DNA of 64,000 nt from Ignavibacteriales bacterium CG_4_9_14_3_um_filter_34_10 (GCA_002790395.1 PFVB01000185.1:4321-68320); one strand, 5' to 3'. Shown: positions 9,976 to 20,433, counted from the stretch's first letter. Translations and numbers: made by a program. Notes: a model not told the origin generated them from the sequence alone.

Positions 9976-10530
9976 TTACATATCTAATGAAAATTTGCCG
10001 GATTTTAGAGCATCAATACAAAATTGAATATGCGATTCAAGCGGCATCTCCAATAGTTCAGCACCTTTAATTATATCATCCCGATTAACAGACCGTGCAA
10101 ATGCTTTATCTTTCATTTTCTTTTTTACGGAAGATACTTCAACTTCGTTAATCGATTTGCTCGGGCGAACATAAACAACGGCTGTAATAAATCCTGCAAG
10201 TTCATCACAAGCGAACAAAACTTTCTTTAATAAAGTATCTCTTGGAATATTTGTATAATCTGCATGCGACATAATACTCATCCGAAATTCTTCTTCGAAA
10301 CCTTTTTCCTTTAAAATTTCATTTCCTTTAAATGGATGTTCTTCAGCAGTCGGGTATTTTTCATAATCAAAATCGTGAAGCAGAGCAACATTTCCCCAAT
10401 ATCCTTCATCCTGATTAAATTCCCTCGCATATGCCTTGACACACATTTCGACCGCTAAAGCATGCTTTAACAAACTTTCACTTTTTGTATGCTCTTTCAG
10501 TATTTCAAAACAATAATCTCTTGTAAACAT
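9976..10530 (-). CDS. HD-domain (HDIG-like) metal-dependent phosphohydrolase
   Basis: 184 aa with the H...HD...H...D pattern: LKHALAVE, ALLHDFDYEKYP, IMSHADY, ACDELAG. Confidence 0.7.
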   Translation of the reverse strand: MFTRDYCFEILKEHTKSESLLKHALAVEMCVKAYAREFNQDEGYWGNVALLHDFDYEKYPTAEEHPFKGNEILKEKGFEEEFRMSIMSHADYTNIPRDTLLKKVLFACDELAGFITAVVYVRPSKSINEVEVSSVKKKMKDKAFARSVNRDDIIKGAELLEMPLESHIQFCIDALKSGKFSLDM

Positions 10531-10533
10531 TTT

Positions 10534-11190
10534 TTACCCGTTTTTAACTTTTTCATTTTTAAATGAAGGACAATAATTCTTCAAAATGCAAATTCTGCAT
10601 TTTGGCTTTTGAGCCACGCAAACTTTCTTACCATGCATTGCAAAAAGATGTGAGATATTTATCCAGTGCTTTTCCGGCAGAAGAGTTTTTAGTTTTATCT
10701 CAATCAAATCGGGATTTTTTGAATCAACTAGTCCCAATAAATTTGCCAAACGTTTTACATGAGTATCTACAGCAATTGACGGAATACCAAATGCATTGCC
10801 GGCAACAACCGATGCTGTTTTTCTTCCGACACCCGGAAGTTTAACTAATTCATCAAAATCTCTTGGCACTTCAGAGTTATGTTCCTTCACAATTTTTTTA
10901 CAACAAGCTATTAAGTTTTTTGCTTTTTGCTTAAAGAACCCTGTCGAAAAAATAATCTTTTCTAAATCTTCAACCTTAGCCGAAGAAAGCATTTTAGGAT
11001 TTGGAAAAATTTCAAATAAATATTTGGTCACTGAATTCACACGTTCATCTGTACATTGAGCAGAAAGAATAGTTGCCGCCAATAATTCATAAGATGAATT
11101 ATAATGCAACGCAGGCCTTGGATTAGGATACTCTTCCACCAATAATTTATAAATTTTTTCTGCTTGGCTTTTTAAAAATAATTCTGTCAT
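10534..11190 (-). CDS. nth: Endonuclease III (DNA glycosylase/AP lyase)
   Basis: HhH-GPD block LPGVGRKTASVVAGNAFG and C-terminal 4Fe-4S ligands CVAQKPKCRICILKNYC. I prefer the internal ATG at 11190 (MTELFLKS...) because the track start at 11217 abuts the tRNA 3' end. Confidence 0.9.
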   Translation of the reverse strand: MTELFLKSQAEKIYKLLVEEYPNPRPALHYNSSYELLAATILSAQCTDERVNSVTKYLFEIFPNPKMLSSAKVEDLEKIIFSTGFFKQKAKNLIACCKKIVKEHNSEVPRDFDELVKLPGVGRKTASVVAGNAFGIPSIAVDTHVKRLANLLGLVDSKNPDLIEIKLKTLLPEKHWINISHLFAMHGKKVCVAQKPKCRICILKNYCPSFKNEKVKNG

Positions 11191-11218
11191 TAAGTTTTCA
11201 ATTCCGGTAAGAAACAAG

Positions 11219-11292
11219 TAGCGCGTACGGGGGTCGAACCCGTGATCTCCGCCTTGAGAGGGCGGCGTCCTTGACCACTAGACGAACGCGCC
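11219..11292 (-). tRNA. tRNA-Glu (anticodon CUC)
   Basis: Reverse complement is GGCGCGTTCGTCTAGTGGTCAAGGACGCCGCCCTCTCAAGGCGGAGATCACGGGTTCGACCCCCGTACGCGCTA. It folds by hand into a cloverleaf: 7-bp acceptor stem (G1-U72 wobble), anticodon stem CCGCC/GGCGG with loop CU-CUC-AA, T arm ACGGG-TTCGACC-CCCGT. No encoded CCA. Confidence 0.85.
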
Positions 11293-11450
11293 ATAATTAA
11301 AAAATCCACATTGAAAATTAACTTTTTTTTTGCGATAATTCCATACATTTTGATTAATTTAAACCACGGACATATTTATTTCTTGATTTTATTAATCATT
11401 AAAAATAAATTTGACTTAGATTAATAAAAATCTATTCAACTGAGAGAAAA

Positions 11451-12830
11451 ATGAAAACAACTTTTAATTTATTTATCATCTTGATTATTATTACTGCATT
11501 CATTAGCTGCACAACAAATCAAGATACAACTTCACCGGATAAATCTGCGACATCAACTTTATCGGGGAAAATTGTTAATGAAATCACCGGTGACGGAATT
11601 GAAAATGCAACTGTAAGAGCTACCGATGGAACAAATGAAAAAGGTGCAACTACTGATGCAGATGGGAACTATTCTCTAAAAATAGATTTGTTTAAGGATA
11701 CGGAATTAACACTATACACTTACGCAGACGGTTTTTTTAATGATACCAGTTTTGTTTATGCTATTAAAGGCGAAAAGGTTAGCGTTCCATTAATCAAGTT
11801 AAAACAAAGCTCGAATTCCGGTTCTTCGCAATCAGGAACAGCTGCATCTATATATCTATTTTCACAATCAGCAACATTTGTTGGTGTGAGAGAAAGTGGT
11901 TCAAATGAAACCGCCCAATTAATTTTTGAAATTCTTGATTCCAGCGGTGTACCAATTAATGACAAGAATTCAACGACAGTCAATTTTTCATTTGGGGCTG
12001 CACCCGGAGGTGGTGAATATTTATTTCCTTCTTCGGTAAAATCCAATTCACTTGGTAAAGCTACTTGCACTTTCAACAGCGGAACCATTGCTGGTGTCAG
12101 TGAAATTATTGCTACAATTAACAAAGATGGCAGAATCATCAAATCAAGACCTATATTGATTGCTATTCATGGTGGATTCCCAGATATAAATCACTTTCAC
12201 GTAGCCTCTGAAAAATTGAATTATCCTTACTTGGGTGTTGTTGGTAGCGATATAAATTTTACTTCTTATGCAGGAGATAAATATTCAAATCCCGTAAGAC
12301 CCGGGACATCTGTTTACTTTGAAACCACATCAGGAATCATTGAAGGATCGAATCAAACTGATAATCTTGGAAGAGCAACTGTTACTTTACTTACGCAACC
12401 ATCGCCAAATCATCCCACATTCGGGAAAGGATTTTTTGTAGTAACAGCAAAAACTGTCGATGAAAATCAAACGCAAATCACAACAAATACATTACGTTTG
12501 CTTTCAGGATTCCCGCTTATCACGGTTACACCAAGTTCTTTTAATGTGAAACTTGGCAGTTCCGTTTCATTTGATTATACCGTTATGGATGTAAACAATA
12601 ATCCTATTGCAGCAGGGAATAAAATTTCAGTTGCAGCTAAAGGCGCTGATGTTGAATTAGCAGGAGTAACAAGCGTCGAGATGCCGGATGTGCTTTATGG
12701 AATGAAAAACTTTTCGTTCACATTGATTAATGTTGCTGATTCGGCAAAAACACGTCCGATTACAATAACCATTTCATCTTCCGGATTGAATGGAAATAAT
12801 GCAATCCAATTTAGTGGAACAGCCGAATAA
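11451..12830 (+). CDS. Lipoprotein with CarboxypepD_reg-like N-terminal domain and bacterial Ig-like repeats
   Basis: 459 aa. Lipobox ITAFISC. SGKIVNEITGDGIENATVRATDG...TDADGNYSL matches a carboxypeptidase-regulatory-like fold. Repeated Big-like segments: ATVTLL, ATCTFNSGTIAGVSEIIATI. Confidence 0.65.
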   Translation: MKTTFNLFIILIIITAFISCTTNQDTTSPDKSATSTLSGKIVNEITGDGIENATVRATDGTNEKGATTDADGNYSLKIDLFKDTELTLYTYADGFFNDTSFVYAIKGEKVSVPLIKLKQSSNSGSSQSGTAASIYLFSQSATFVGVRESGSNETAQLIFEILDSSGVPINDKNSTTVNFSFGAAPGGGEYLFPSSVKSNSLGKATCTFNSGTIAGVSEIIATINKDGRIIKSRPILIAIHGGFPDINHFHVASEKLNYPYLGVVGSDINFTSYAGDKYSNPVRPGTSVYFETTSGIIEGSNQTDNLGRATVTLLTQPSPNHPTFGKGFFVVTAKTVDENQTQITTNTLRLLSGFPLITVTPSSFNVKLGSSVSFDYTVMDVNNNPIAAGNKISVAAKGADVELAGVTSVEMPDVLYGMKNFSFTLINVADSAKTRPITITISSSGLNGNNAIQFSGTAE

Positions 12831-12834
12831 GATT

Positions 12835-14460
12835 TTAAACTGAAGGCAGCCTAATAATGAATATGCTGCCTTCTCCCTTTTTGCTTTGAACTTTTATTGA
12901 ACCGTTATTTTTCTCAACTAATTCTTTGCATAAAATTAATCCCAGCCCATTTCCCATTTCTGCATTTGTTCCTTTTGTTGATATTCCGGATTCAATTTTA
13001 AATAGGTTGTTCAAATTTTTATCGCTGATTCCAACCCCATTATCTTTCACAGAAATTTCAACTTCCCCATTAATACGGCTTGCATCAATACTGATAATTC
13101 CTCCTTTCGGAGTAAACTTAATTGCATTCGAAATCAAGTTCCTTAAAATTGTGTTAGCCATATAACCATCAGCCAAAATATCAACCGAATTGGTTATATA
13201 ATTGTTTAACTCTATATCTTTGTTTTTAGCTGCTTCTGCATAAAGCATAATTATATCTTGTACAATAGAATGAACATTTAGTTTTTTCGGATTAAAACTT
13301 AATCTGTTTGTTTGTAACCTTGACCAATCTAAAAGTTCATTTAAAAGATTCAATGATTTATTAGACATATCGTAAATGTGACTAGAGAATTCAACTATTT
13401 CATTTTTGCTTAGCTCATCAGATTGTTTGGATAATATTTCAGAATACCCCATTAGAACGCTAAATGGACTCAGCAAATCGTGTGCAAGAATCGAAAAGAA
13501 TTTATCCTTTGAATCATTCAGGTTTTTTAGTTCAAGATTATATTTTTGAATATTTTCTTCAGCAATAATTCTTTCTGTAACATCATGAATACTGCCAATT
13601 ATCTGACGATTTCCTTTCTCGAGATCATCAATATATTTTGCATTTATGCTGAGCACCCTTCTATCATTATTTAATAATACAGAAAAAACGAATGCAGACA
13701 CTTCAGAATCACTGTCCAATTTTGTCATGAAATTTGTATAGTCATCCTCTTTGGAAAAAACATTTTTCAATGAAAGCATGCCGCGTTGGCCAATTTGAAA
13801 AAGTTTTTCAAATGACTTATTAAAATTTATAATCTCACCATTCTGCAGGACTTTAAAGATTGCTTCAATAGAATTATCAAGAATGATTTTGGCTTCAAAA
13901 TTTTTTTGTATCGCCTTAATTCTTAATCGGTAATTAATTGCACTGGCAATTATACTCATCAAACTTATTAAAATCACGAACATAAAAGAAGCAAACATAC
14001 TTGGCAGAAAGTAAATCGATTTACTGCTCAAAAGTACACTGGAGGCAAATAGAATATTATAATATATCGCTACTATTATTTGGTTCTTTAAATCCCAATT
14101 CAAAAACAATGCTGAAGTAAAAATCACAAGAGCCAGCAAATGGGAATTGATATAAAGAGTTTGCGGGAGTTGATATATAATTGAGGCGAAAGAAGCAATT
14201 ATCGTTAAAAGCAAAATATGAACAAGAGGAATCGGATGTTCTTTACCTATATCATAGTGAGTTAGTACAAGGAGAAAAAAACCAATTGCAGTTGCGAACA
14301 ACCTTCCAAAGTAAATACCAAATGAAAATTTTGCAAAGTAATTCACTTCGAACATTAAAGCCATTGAGCCCGCAACAACCACGAGTCCGGCAATTATTTG
14401 AAGAGGGACTAAAATAATTTTTTTGTTTTCTTCAATAATAAAATGTTTTTTTGAATGCAA
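12835..14460 (-). CDS. Membrane-bound sensor histidine kinase (multi-TM N-terminus, PAS, HisKA, HATPase_c)
   Basis: 541 aa with about 6 N-terminal hydrophobic helices. H-box FFSILAHDLLSPF, N-box LRNLISNAIKFTP, G-boxes VKDNGVGI and GNGLGLILCKELV. No response regulator in the window. Confidence 0.85.
   Translation of the reverse strand: MHSKKHFIIEENKKIILVPLQIIAGLVVVAGSMALMFEVNYFAKFSFGIYFGRLFATAIGFFLLVLTHYDIGKEHPIPLVHILLLTIIASFASIIYQLPQTLYINSHLLALVIFTSALFLNWDLKNQIIVAIYYNILFASSVLLSSKSIYFLPSMFASFMFVILISLMSIIASAINYRLRIKAIQKNFEAKIILDNSIEAIFKVLQNGEIINFNKSFEKLFQIGQRGMLSLKNVFSKEDDYTNFMTKLDSDSEVSAFVFSVLLNNDRRVLSINAKYIDDLEKGNRQIIGSIHDVTERIIAEENIQKYNLELKNLNDSKDKFFSILAHDLLSPFSVLMGYSEILSKQSDELSKNEIVEFSSHIYDMSNKSLNLLNELLDWSRLQTNRLSFNPKKLNVHSIVQDIIMLYAEAAKNKDIELNNYITNSVDILADGYMANTILRNLISNAIKFTPKGGIISIDASRINGEVEISVKDNGVGISDKNLNNLFKIESGISTKGTNAEMGNGLGLILCKELVEKNNGSIKVQSKKGEGSIFIIRLPSV
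12842..12886 (+). terminator. Candidate intrinsic terminator of the lipoprotein gene, embedded in the 3' end of the convergent kinase gene
   Basis: GAAGGCAGC (12842-12850), 14-nt loop, GCTGCCTTC (12865-12873), followed by TCCCTTTTTGCTTT. The loop is larger than ideal. Confidence 0.45.
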
Positions 14461-14536
14461 TTATTTCATCTTTATTTTCTTTTGTATAAAATTAGCTAAC
14501 TAATTACTCTAATTCAATAATTTAACTAAATATTTA

Positions 14537-15511
14537 GTGTTAAATCAATCTGAAACCAGAAATAAAATAAATCAGCTTGCTACTTGTTCAACTCCCTTTC
14601 TTTTTATTATTGATTTTGAAATGAACAATAATGATGTGTTGACAATGCCGGAATTGCAGAATTCAAATATTTGTTTTTCTGTAGAGAACTATTATTATCC
14701 CAAAAGAATTATTACCAAAGCCGATAATATTGTTCTCAGTAAAAAGCCAATTCAATTCAATGATTATAAATTTGCTTTCGACAAAGTACAAAGTGAGATT
14801 TCAAAAGGGAATTCCTATTTGGTAAATCTAACTTTCCCCACTGAAATCAATATAAACCTTACTCTCAAACAAATTTTCGAATTGAGCCAAGCAAGGTTTA
14901 AGTTATATTACAAAGATCAGTTTGTTGTTTTTTCTCCTGAAATATTTGTTGAAATTACAGGCAATAAAATTTCTTCTTTCCCAATGAAAGGAACGATTGA
15001 TGCTTCTATTAAAAACGCTGAGGAATTAATAATGAGCGATGAAAAGGAGAAAGCTGAACATATCACAATTGTTGATTTGATTAGAAATGATTTAAGTATT
15101 GTTTCTAATGATGTTAGAGTTGCCAAGTTCAGGTATTCTGAGTTAATAAAAACAAATCAAAAATCAATAATTCAAATCAGTTCAAAAATAACAGGGGATT
15201 TACCTGTTAATTTCAAAGAGCATTTGGGTGATATTATTTTTAACCTCCTTCCTGCCGGCTCAATTAGCGGGGCACCTAAAAAGAAAACTTTGGAAATCAT
15301 TCACTCTGCTGAGAATTCACCAAGGGGATTTTACACTGGAGTGTTTGGATATTTTGATGGAAAAAATTTAACAAGTGCAGTGATGATAAGATTTATTGAG
15401 AAAATTAACAATATACTGCTTTATAAAAGCGGTGGCGGAATAACTTATTTAAGTGATGCAAAGTCAGAGTATCAGGAATTAATTGATAAAGTTTATGTGC
15501 CAATTTATTGA
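14537..15511 (+). CDS. pabB: Aminodeoxychorismate synthase component I (short form, chorismate-binding domain)
   Basis: 324 aa with a GTG start. Chorismate-binding motifs SPEIFVE, EKAEHITIVDLIRND, LLPAGSISGAPK, RGFYTGVFGYFDG. Followed by a pabC-like gene. Confidence 0.75.
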   Translation: MLNQSETRNKINQLATCSTPFLFIIDFEMNNNDVLTMPELQNSNICFSVENYYYPKRIITKADNIVLSKKPIQFNDYKFAFDKVQSEISKGNSYLVNLTFPTEININLTLKQIFELSQARFKLYYKDQFVVFSPEIFVEITGNKISSFPMKGTIDASIKNAEELIMSDEKEKAEHITIVDLIRNDLSIVSNDVRVAKFRYSELIKTNQKSIIQISSKITGDLPVNFKEHLGDIIFNLLPAGSISGAPKKKTLEIIHSAENSPRGFYTGVFGYFDGKNLTSAVMIRFIEKINNILLYKSGGGITYLSDAKSEYQELIDKVYVPIY

Positions 15512-16091
15512 AACAATAAAAGTAGTTGATGGAAAACTTTTCAACTTGGATTTTCATCAAAAAAGATTAAACAGAACATTAAATTATTTTTTCAATAATA
15601 AATACCAAATAGATTTGTTCCAAGAAATTTCTCTGCCAAACTTAGCTCTTGGTACGATATTTAAACTTAGAATTGAATATTCAAAAAAAATTAATAATGT
15701 TTCAATATTGCCGTATAAAAGGAAAGAGATAAAAACTTTTCAATCAGTTGAGAGTAACTCAATAGAATATTCTTTTAAGTTCAAGAATAGAGAGCAGATA
15801 AATATTTTAAAAGGCAATTCTTCTGCTGATGAAATTATCATAATAAAAAACGGTTTTGTCACGGACACCAGTTATTCAAATATTGTTTTTACCGATGGAT
15901 ATAAATTAATAACACCGAACACGCCATTACTTGCCGGCACAAAAAGAGAATTTTTACTTAAAGAAAAGTTGATTGAGGAAGATGAAATAAAATTGAGCGA
16001 CGTAAAATTCTTTAAGCATTTTTACTTAATTAATTCTATGCTGGAACTAACTGAAGAAAACAAGTACTCAATTGCTCAAATTCATGATTAA
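15495..16091 (+). CDS. pabC: Aminodeoxychorismate lyase-like protein (aminotransferase class IV fold)
   Basis: About 198 aa from the ATG at 15495 (MCQFIETIKVVDGKLFNLDFHQKRL). Overlaps the pabB 3' end by 17 nt. Family assignment rests on the N-terminal pattern and pabB adjacency. Confidence 0.6.
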   Translation: MCQFIETIKVVDGKLFNLDFHQKRLNRTLNYFFNNKYQIDLFQEISLPNLALGTIFKLRIEYSKKINNVSILPYKRKEIKTFQSVESNSIEYSFKFKNREQINILKGNSSADEIIIIKNGFVTDTSYSNIVFTDGYKLITPNTPLLAGTKREFLLKEKLIEEDEIKLSDVKFFKHFYLINSMLELTEENKYSIAQIHD

Positions 16092-17320
16092 TTTGAGGCA
16101 TATTTTATAGCATTATTCTCAATATTTATGCTGTTAAGTTTTGCTAAAAAATAATTTTTTAATTTATTGAATTCATCAAGATTTTCATTAGCAATCGGAT
16201 AAGACGGAGGATATTTTTCCCGTCTGTGATCAACTTGCTGATTGTTTTTCCAAAATCGAAAACAAACATGCGGACCGGTTGCAAGACCTGTACTCCCAAC
16301 ATATCCAATTACTTGTCCCTGCGTAACAGGTGAACCACTTCTAATTCCTTTTGCAAAATTTGACATATGCAAGTACTGAGTTGTGTAAGTCGAATTATGT
16401 TTAATCTTGACATAGTTGCCATTAAATTGCTTGAATGCAGCTTCTAAAACAACTCCATCGCCAACAGAAAGAATTGGTGTACCTTGCGGAGCCGCATAAT
16501 CAGTACCCAAATGAGCTTTGATTCTTTTCTGTACCGGATGAAATCGTTGCATAGAAAAACCGGAAGTAATTCTACTGAATTTCAAAGGGGACTGAAGAAA
16601 CTGTTTCCTCAAACTTTTTCCATCTTCGTTAAAATACTGTAACTCGTCATTTTGATTAAAAGCAAAGGCAAAATAATTTTGATCGTAATGGAAAAATTCA
16701 GTGGACAAGATTTTCTTTATTCCAATTGATTTCCCATTTACAAAAATTTCCTCATAGATAACCTTGAAATAATCATCTCTTTGTAATCTATAAAAGTCAA
16801 TTTCCCATGCAAATATTTCGGAAAGTTTTATTGCAAGCTCCGGACTAATACTTGCTTCACTCAAAGTTTGATATAATGATGAAGTTATTTTACCATATGC
16901 AGTTCTTTCAATAACAACAGACTCTTTTTCTCTTTTTGAAATATGAATTCCATTTGTTAGGTCCACGATACAATATTCAACAGGATTAATTTCATAAATA
17001 AAATATTTTATCAATGAATCGTCATTCTGCGAAAAGTATGTGGAATACCTGTTACCCATTCTGATATTAGCAAGATTATAGTATTTTTTCGAACTATCAA
17101 TTATTTCGTTTACAAGCTGCTGACTTAACCTATATCTGGAAAAAATTAAACTTATAGTTTCATTTGAATGAACCGAATCAGACACAATAGACATCAAGTC
17201 GACAGATATTCCGTATTCATCAATTATTTTTTCTGATATAAAATCGGGTTCATTTTCAGCGCAACCAACTGCAAAGAGTATCGTTAGAAGGATTACAATA
17301 AGAAATTTATTTTTAATCAA
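16088..17320 (-). CDS. M23 family (LytM-type) metallopeptidase lipoprotein
   Basis: 410 aa. Lipobox LFAVGC. M23 motifs HLGTDYAAPQGTPILSVGDG, YVKIKH, GYVGSTGLATGPHVCF. TTG start overlaps the moxR stop (TTGA). Confidence 0.85.
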   Translation of the reverse strand: MIKNKFLIVILLTILFAVGCAENEPDFISEKIIDEYGISVDLMSIVSDSVHSNETISLIFSRYRLSQQLVNEIIDSSKKYYNLANIRMGNRYSTYFSQNDDSLIKYFIYEINPVEYCIVDLTNGIHISKREKESVVIERTAYGKITSSLYQTLSEASISPELAIKLSEIFAWEIDFYRLQRDDYFKVIYEEIFVNGKSIGIKKILSTEFFHYDQNYFAFAFNQNDELQYFNEDGKSLRKQFLQSPLKFSRITSGFSMQRFHPVQKRIKAHLGTDYAAPQGTPILSVGDGVVLEAAFKQFNGNYVKIKHNSTYTTQYLHMSNFAKGIRSGSPVTQGQVIGYVGSTGLATGPHVCFRFWKNNQQVDHRREKYPPSYPIANENLDEFNKLKNYFLAKLNSINIENNAIKYASN

Positions 17321-18321
17321 TTTAAATTTTCAAGTAGGTTTTTAATAATATCGGATGGTTTAATTCCTTCTGCTTCCGCATTAAAGTTTGGAATAATTCT
17401 ATGTCTTAAAACTTCATAGATAGAATATTTCACATCATCAATATTCGGAGAAAACCTTCCGTCCAACACAGCACGAGATTTTGCAGCTAAAATTAAAAAC
17501 TGAGAGGCACGCGGGCCCGCTCCCCAATTAATAAATTCGTTAACTTTTTTAATTTTATTTTCGATCGAAGGGCGGGTTGAATTAACCACTTTTACTGTAT
17601 AATCAATAATGCTGTCAGCAACCGGTACACGCTTTATTAAATCTTGATATTTAAGCAATTGTTGTTTCGACAAAACTTTCTGAATCGTTGGCGAGTATTC
17701 ACTTGTTGTTGTTTTCACAATTTTAATTTCATCCTCATGCGAAGGATAATCCAGCCACAGGCTAAACATAAATCTGTCTAATTGAGCTTCGGGCAGAGGA
17801 TAAGTTCCTTCCTGCTCAATTGGATTCTGAGTTGCAAGGACAAAAAAAGGTTCATCAAGTATATATGAATTACCTGCTGCAGTAACGCGGTGTTCTTGCA
17901 TAGCTTCTAAAAGAGCCGACTGTGTTTTGGGTGGAGTCCTGTTTATTTCATCAGCCAAAATTATATTTGCAAAAATTGGTCCCTTAATAAATCTAAAATA
18001 TCGTTTTCTTTCAGCTTGATCTTCATCAATAATTTCCGTTCCCGTAATATCACCCGGCATTAAATCCGGAGTAAATTGAATTCTTTTAAAGTCTAAGTCA
18101 AGAACAGATGCAATTGTTTTTATCAATAATGTTTTTGCAAGTCCGGGAACACCAACTAACAAACAGTGTCCGCGTGATAAAAGTGCAATCAATATTTTAT
18201 CAATAATTTCATCATGTCCGACAATTATTTTTCTGATTTCATTTTTGATGCTCAATACAGATTCATGCAATTGAGAAACTAATTCAACATCATGTTCAGA
18301 GAATTTTTCTTGATTCAACAT
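17317..18321 (-). CDS. MoxR-family AAA+ ATPase
   Basis: 334 aa. Walker A GVPGLAKT, Walker B ILADEINR, and TQNPIEQEGTYPLPEAQLDRF typical of the MoxR/RavA class. Confidence 0.9.
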   Translation of the reverse strand: MLNQEKFSEHDVELVSQLHESVLSIKNEIRKIIVGHDEIIDKILIALLSRGHCLLVGVPGLAKTLLIKTIASVLDLDFKRIQFTPDLMPGDITGTEIIDEDQAERKRYFRFIKGPIFANIILADEINRTPPKTQSALLEAMQEHRVTAAGNSYILDEPFFVLATQNPIEQEGTYPLPEAQLDRFMFSLWLDYPSHEDEIKIVKTTTSEYSPTIQKVLSKQQLLKYQDLIKRVPVADSIIDYTVKVVNSTRPSIENKIKKVNEFINWGAGPRASQFLILAAKSRAVLDGRFSPNIDDVKYSIYEVLRHRIIPNFNAEAEGIKPSDIIKNLLENLN

Positions 18322-18325
18322 TCAC

Positions 18326-19600
18326 CTAAATATTAATTTGCCAGTATATATTATCTTTTAAATCATTCACAAATTTTTGATACAACTTTTCCCTCTTTTG
18401 AAATTGAGCAAGTTTTTTTATTTCATCAAAATCCTGCCCCAAATTCGCTATATGCTCAGGAATTCTCGAATTAAGTTTTATTATATGGAAACCATAATTA
18501 GTCCCATCAATTTCAAGTCGCTTGGGAAATCCAATTTCATCAACTTTCATTTTATATACTTGATCCAAAAGAGATTTATCAAGTTGTCCCGATTCAAAAC
18601 TGCCAAGGTTGCCGCTAAACTTTGATGTTTCTTTATCATCACTATACTTTGCAGCAAAATATCCAAATGTATTTATACCCTTATTAATACTATCTCTTAT
18701 CTCTGTCAACAACTCAATAGCTTTCAGATCTGATTCACTGTCGTTTTTAATTTTCACCAGAATATGACGAGTATGAATTGCTTCACCTTTTCTTTCCAAT
18801 AATTGAATTATATGGAAACCTACCGGTGATTCAATAACTCCTGAAGTTTCACCTGATTTTAATGAATAAGCTGCAGCCTCAAACTCGGGGTAAAAAACAC
18901 CGCGTTTTACTGTTCCCAAATCACCGCCTTGATTTTTGCTGCCTGGATCGTCAGAATATTTTTTTGCTAATTCTGCAAAATCCTTTCCGAGCTTAATGGA
19001 ATCCAAAAGTGAAAGAGCAAATTTATAAGTAAGTTTTTTAACTTTCTCCGATGCTTTTGGATTAATAAAAATATGAGAAACATCAAACTTTTCAGGTATC
19101 AAACCTAATGAGTCTTTATATCCCGAATAAAATTCTTCAACTTCACGTCTTGTTACCTCAACATTTCCAAATTTTTGCTGCTTAACACGTTCAGCCATCA
19201 TTTGCTTCCGGGTGTCAGATCTCATCTCTCGCTTGATTCTGTCAATGGTCATGCCATAAGCTTTTTCAACACGTTCTCTGCTGCCATATTGTTGAACAAA
19301 ATAATTCATTTGATAATCAAGCTGTTGATCAACTTCCTGATCGGAGACTAAAATAGAGTCTAAAATCGATTGAGCATACAACAATTTTTGTCCAATCATT
19401 GCTTCCAATATTTTTTTTTGAACATTTTTATCTTTAGAATCCAACCCTCTTTGAGCAGCTTCAAAATTTACCTGGTAATCCAATTCCGATTTTAGAATAA
19501 TTTCATCTCCAATTACTGCAACAATCTTATCAATGCTTTCCTGAGCAAACATTATTGGAATGCAAAGAAGATTGAGGAGTAAAAATATTTTTTTAATCAT
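18326..19600 (-). CDS. surA: SurA-like periplasmic chaperone / parvulin-type peptidyl-prolyl isomerase
   Basis: 424 aa with a signal peptide and an N-terminal SurA-like chaperone segment. Parvulin blocks GGDLGTVKRGVFYPEFE...VGFHIIQL and GNLGSFESGQL...YGFHIIKL. Confidence 0.8.
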   Translation of the reverse strand: MIKKIFLLLNLLCIPIMFAQESIDKIVAVIGDEIILKSELDYQVNFEAAQRGLDSKDKNVQKKILEAMIGQKLLYAQSILDSILVSDQEVDQQLDYQMNYFVQQYGSRERVEKAYGMTIDRIKREMRSDTRKQMMAERVKQQKFGNVEVTRREVEEFYSGYKDSLGLIPEKFDVSHIFINPKASEKVKKLTYKFALSLLDSIKLGKDFAELAKKYSDDPGSKNQGGDLGTVKRGVFYPEFEAAAYSLKSGETSGVIESPVGFHIIQLLERKGEAIHTRHILVKIKNDSESDLKAIELLTEIRDSINKGINTFGYFAAKYSDDKETSKFSGNLGSFESGQLDKSLLDQVYKMKVDEIGFPKRLEIDGTNYGFHIIKLNSRIPEHIANLGQDFDEIKKLAQFQKREKLYQKFVNDLKDNIYWQINI

Positions 19601-20433
19601 TTAATATTTTCCCCGTTGATTTCCACTTTGTATTTTTCTGATAATTCATTTATTAGCTTTTTGTATAAATCTTTTTTTGTTTTGGCATAATAGCGTTTTT
19701 CAACATCACTTTTTACAAATTCAAAATCAGGAATCGAATCTTTTCCAAATTTTGCGGCTATTTGAGCAACCATAAACTCATCTTCTGCAGTTTGAATTAC
19801 AATACTTATCTCATCAGATTTGAGCCCTTCAATTGCTCTCAAAAATTTTAGCGGCTGAACTTGATATTTGTATAAAAATTCATCACGAATAAAATCAATT
19901 TTTGAGGGATCATTAGAATATTGATTAACCGCTTGAATCCATGATGAACCAACGGCTATATCGCGGAAGGCTTCAGCAGCATTTATATTTTTAAACTTAA
20001 TCAGATTCAGATAAAACGCTTCATCTTTCAGTCTGTAATCTTTCATATTCTGAATAAAATAATTTTGTATTTCACTTTCTGTTACGGCTTTCAAATTATT
20101 TTCAAAATATTTTTGAAGATAAAGCGCAGTTGCCAATTCTTTCTTTGACTGATTAATCATTTGTTTGTATTCGTCAGAATATGTAACACCTTCATCTTTA
20201 GCTTCATTATAAAGCAATTCCTTTTCAACCCATTCGCTAATAATTTCATCACCGAACTTTTTTGAAAATTGGTGTTTTTCTGCAATACTTTTTAAAGCTT
20301 CTTTAGTAAGCACAGTATTGTTTACTTTAGCAACAAAATTTCTTTTCTTCTGCTGCTCATTCTCATTTGAACACATTTCAAATATGAGAATGAAAACCGC
20401 AGGGATAAAATATTTAATTTGACTTATATGCAT
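19597..20433 (-). CDS. SurA N-terminal-domain-like chaperone (parvulin-like region degenerate)
   Basis: 278 aa with an N-terminal hydrophobic anchor and weak SurA_N-like composition. Overlaps both neighbours (4 nt and 20 nt). Confidence 0.55.
   Translation of the reverse strand: MHISQIKYFIPAVFILIFEMCSNENEQQKKRNFVAKVNNTVLTKEALKSIAEKHQFSKKFGDEIISEWVEKELLYNEAKDEGVTYSDEYKQMINQSKKELATALYLQKYFENNLKAVTESEIQNYFIQNMKDYRLKDEAFYLNLIKFKNINAAEAFRDIAVGSSWIQAVNQYSNDPSKIDFIRDEFLYKYQVQPLKFLRAIEGLKSDEISIVIQTAEDEFMVAQIAAKFGKDSIPDFEFVKSDVEKRYYAKTKKDLYKKLINELSEKYKVEINGENIK

Noticed and set aside
11191-11450. tRNA-Glu as a possible genomic-island integration site
   Set aside because: There is no integrase, no direct repeat of the tRNA 3' end, and no compositional break visible on either side. 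The flanking genes are ordinary chromosomal genes.
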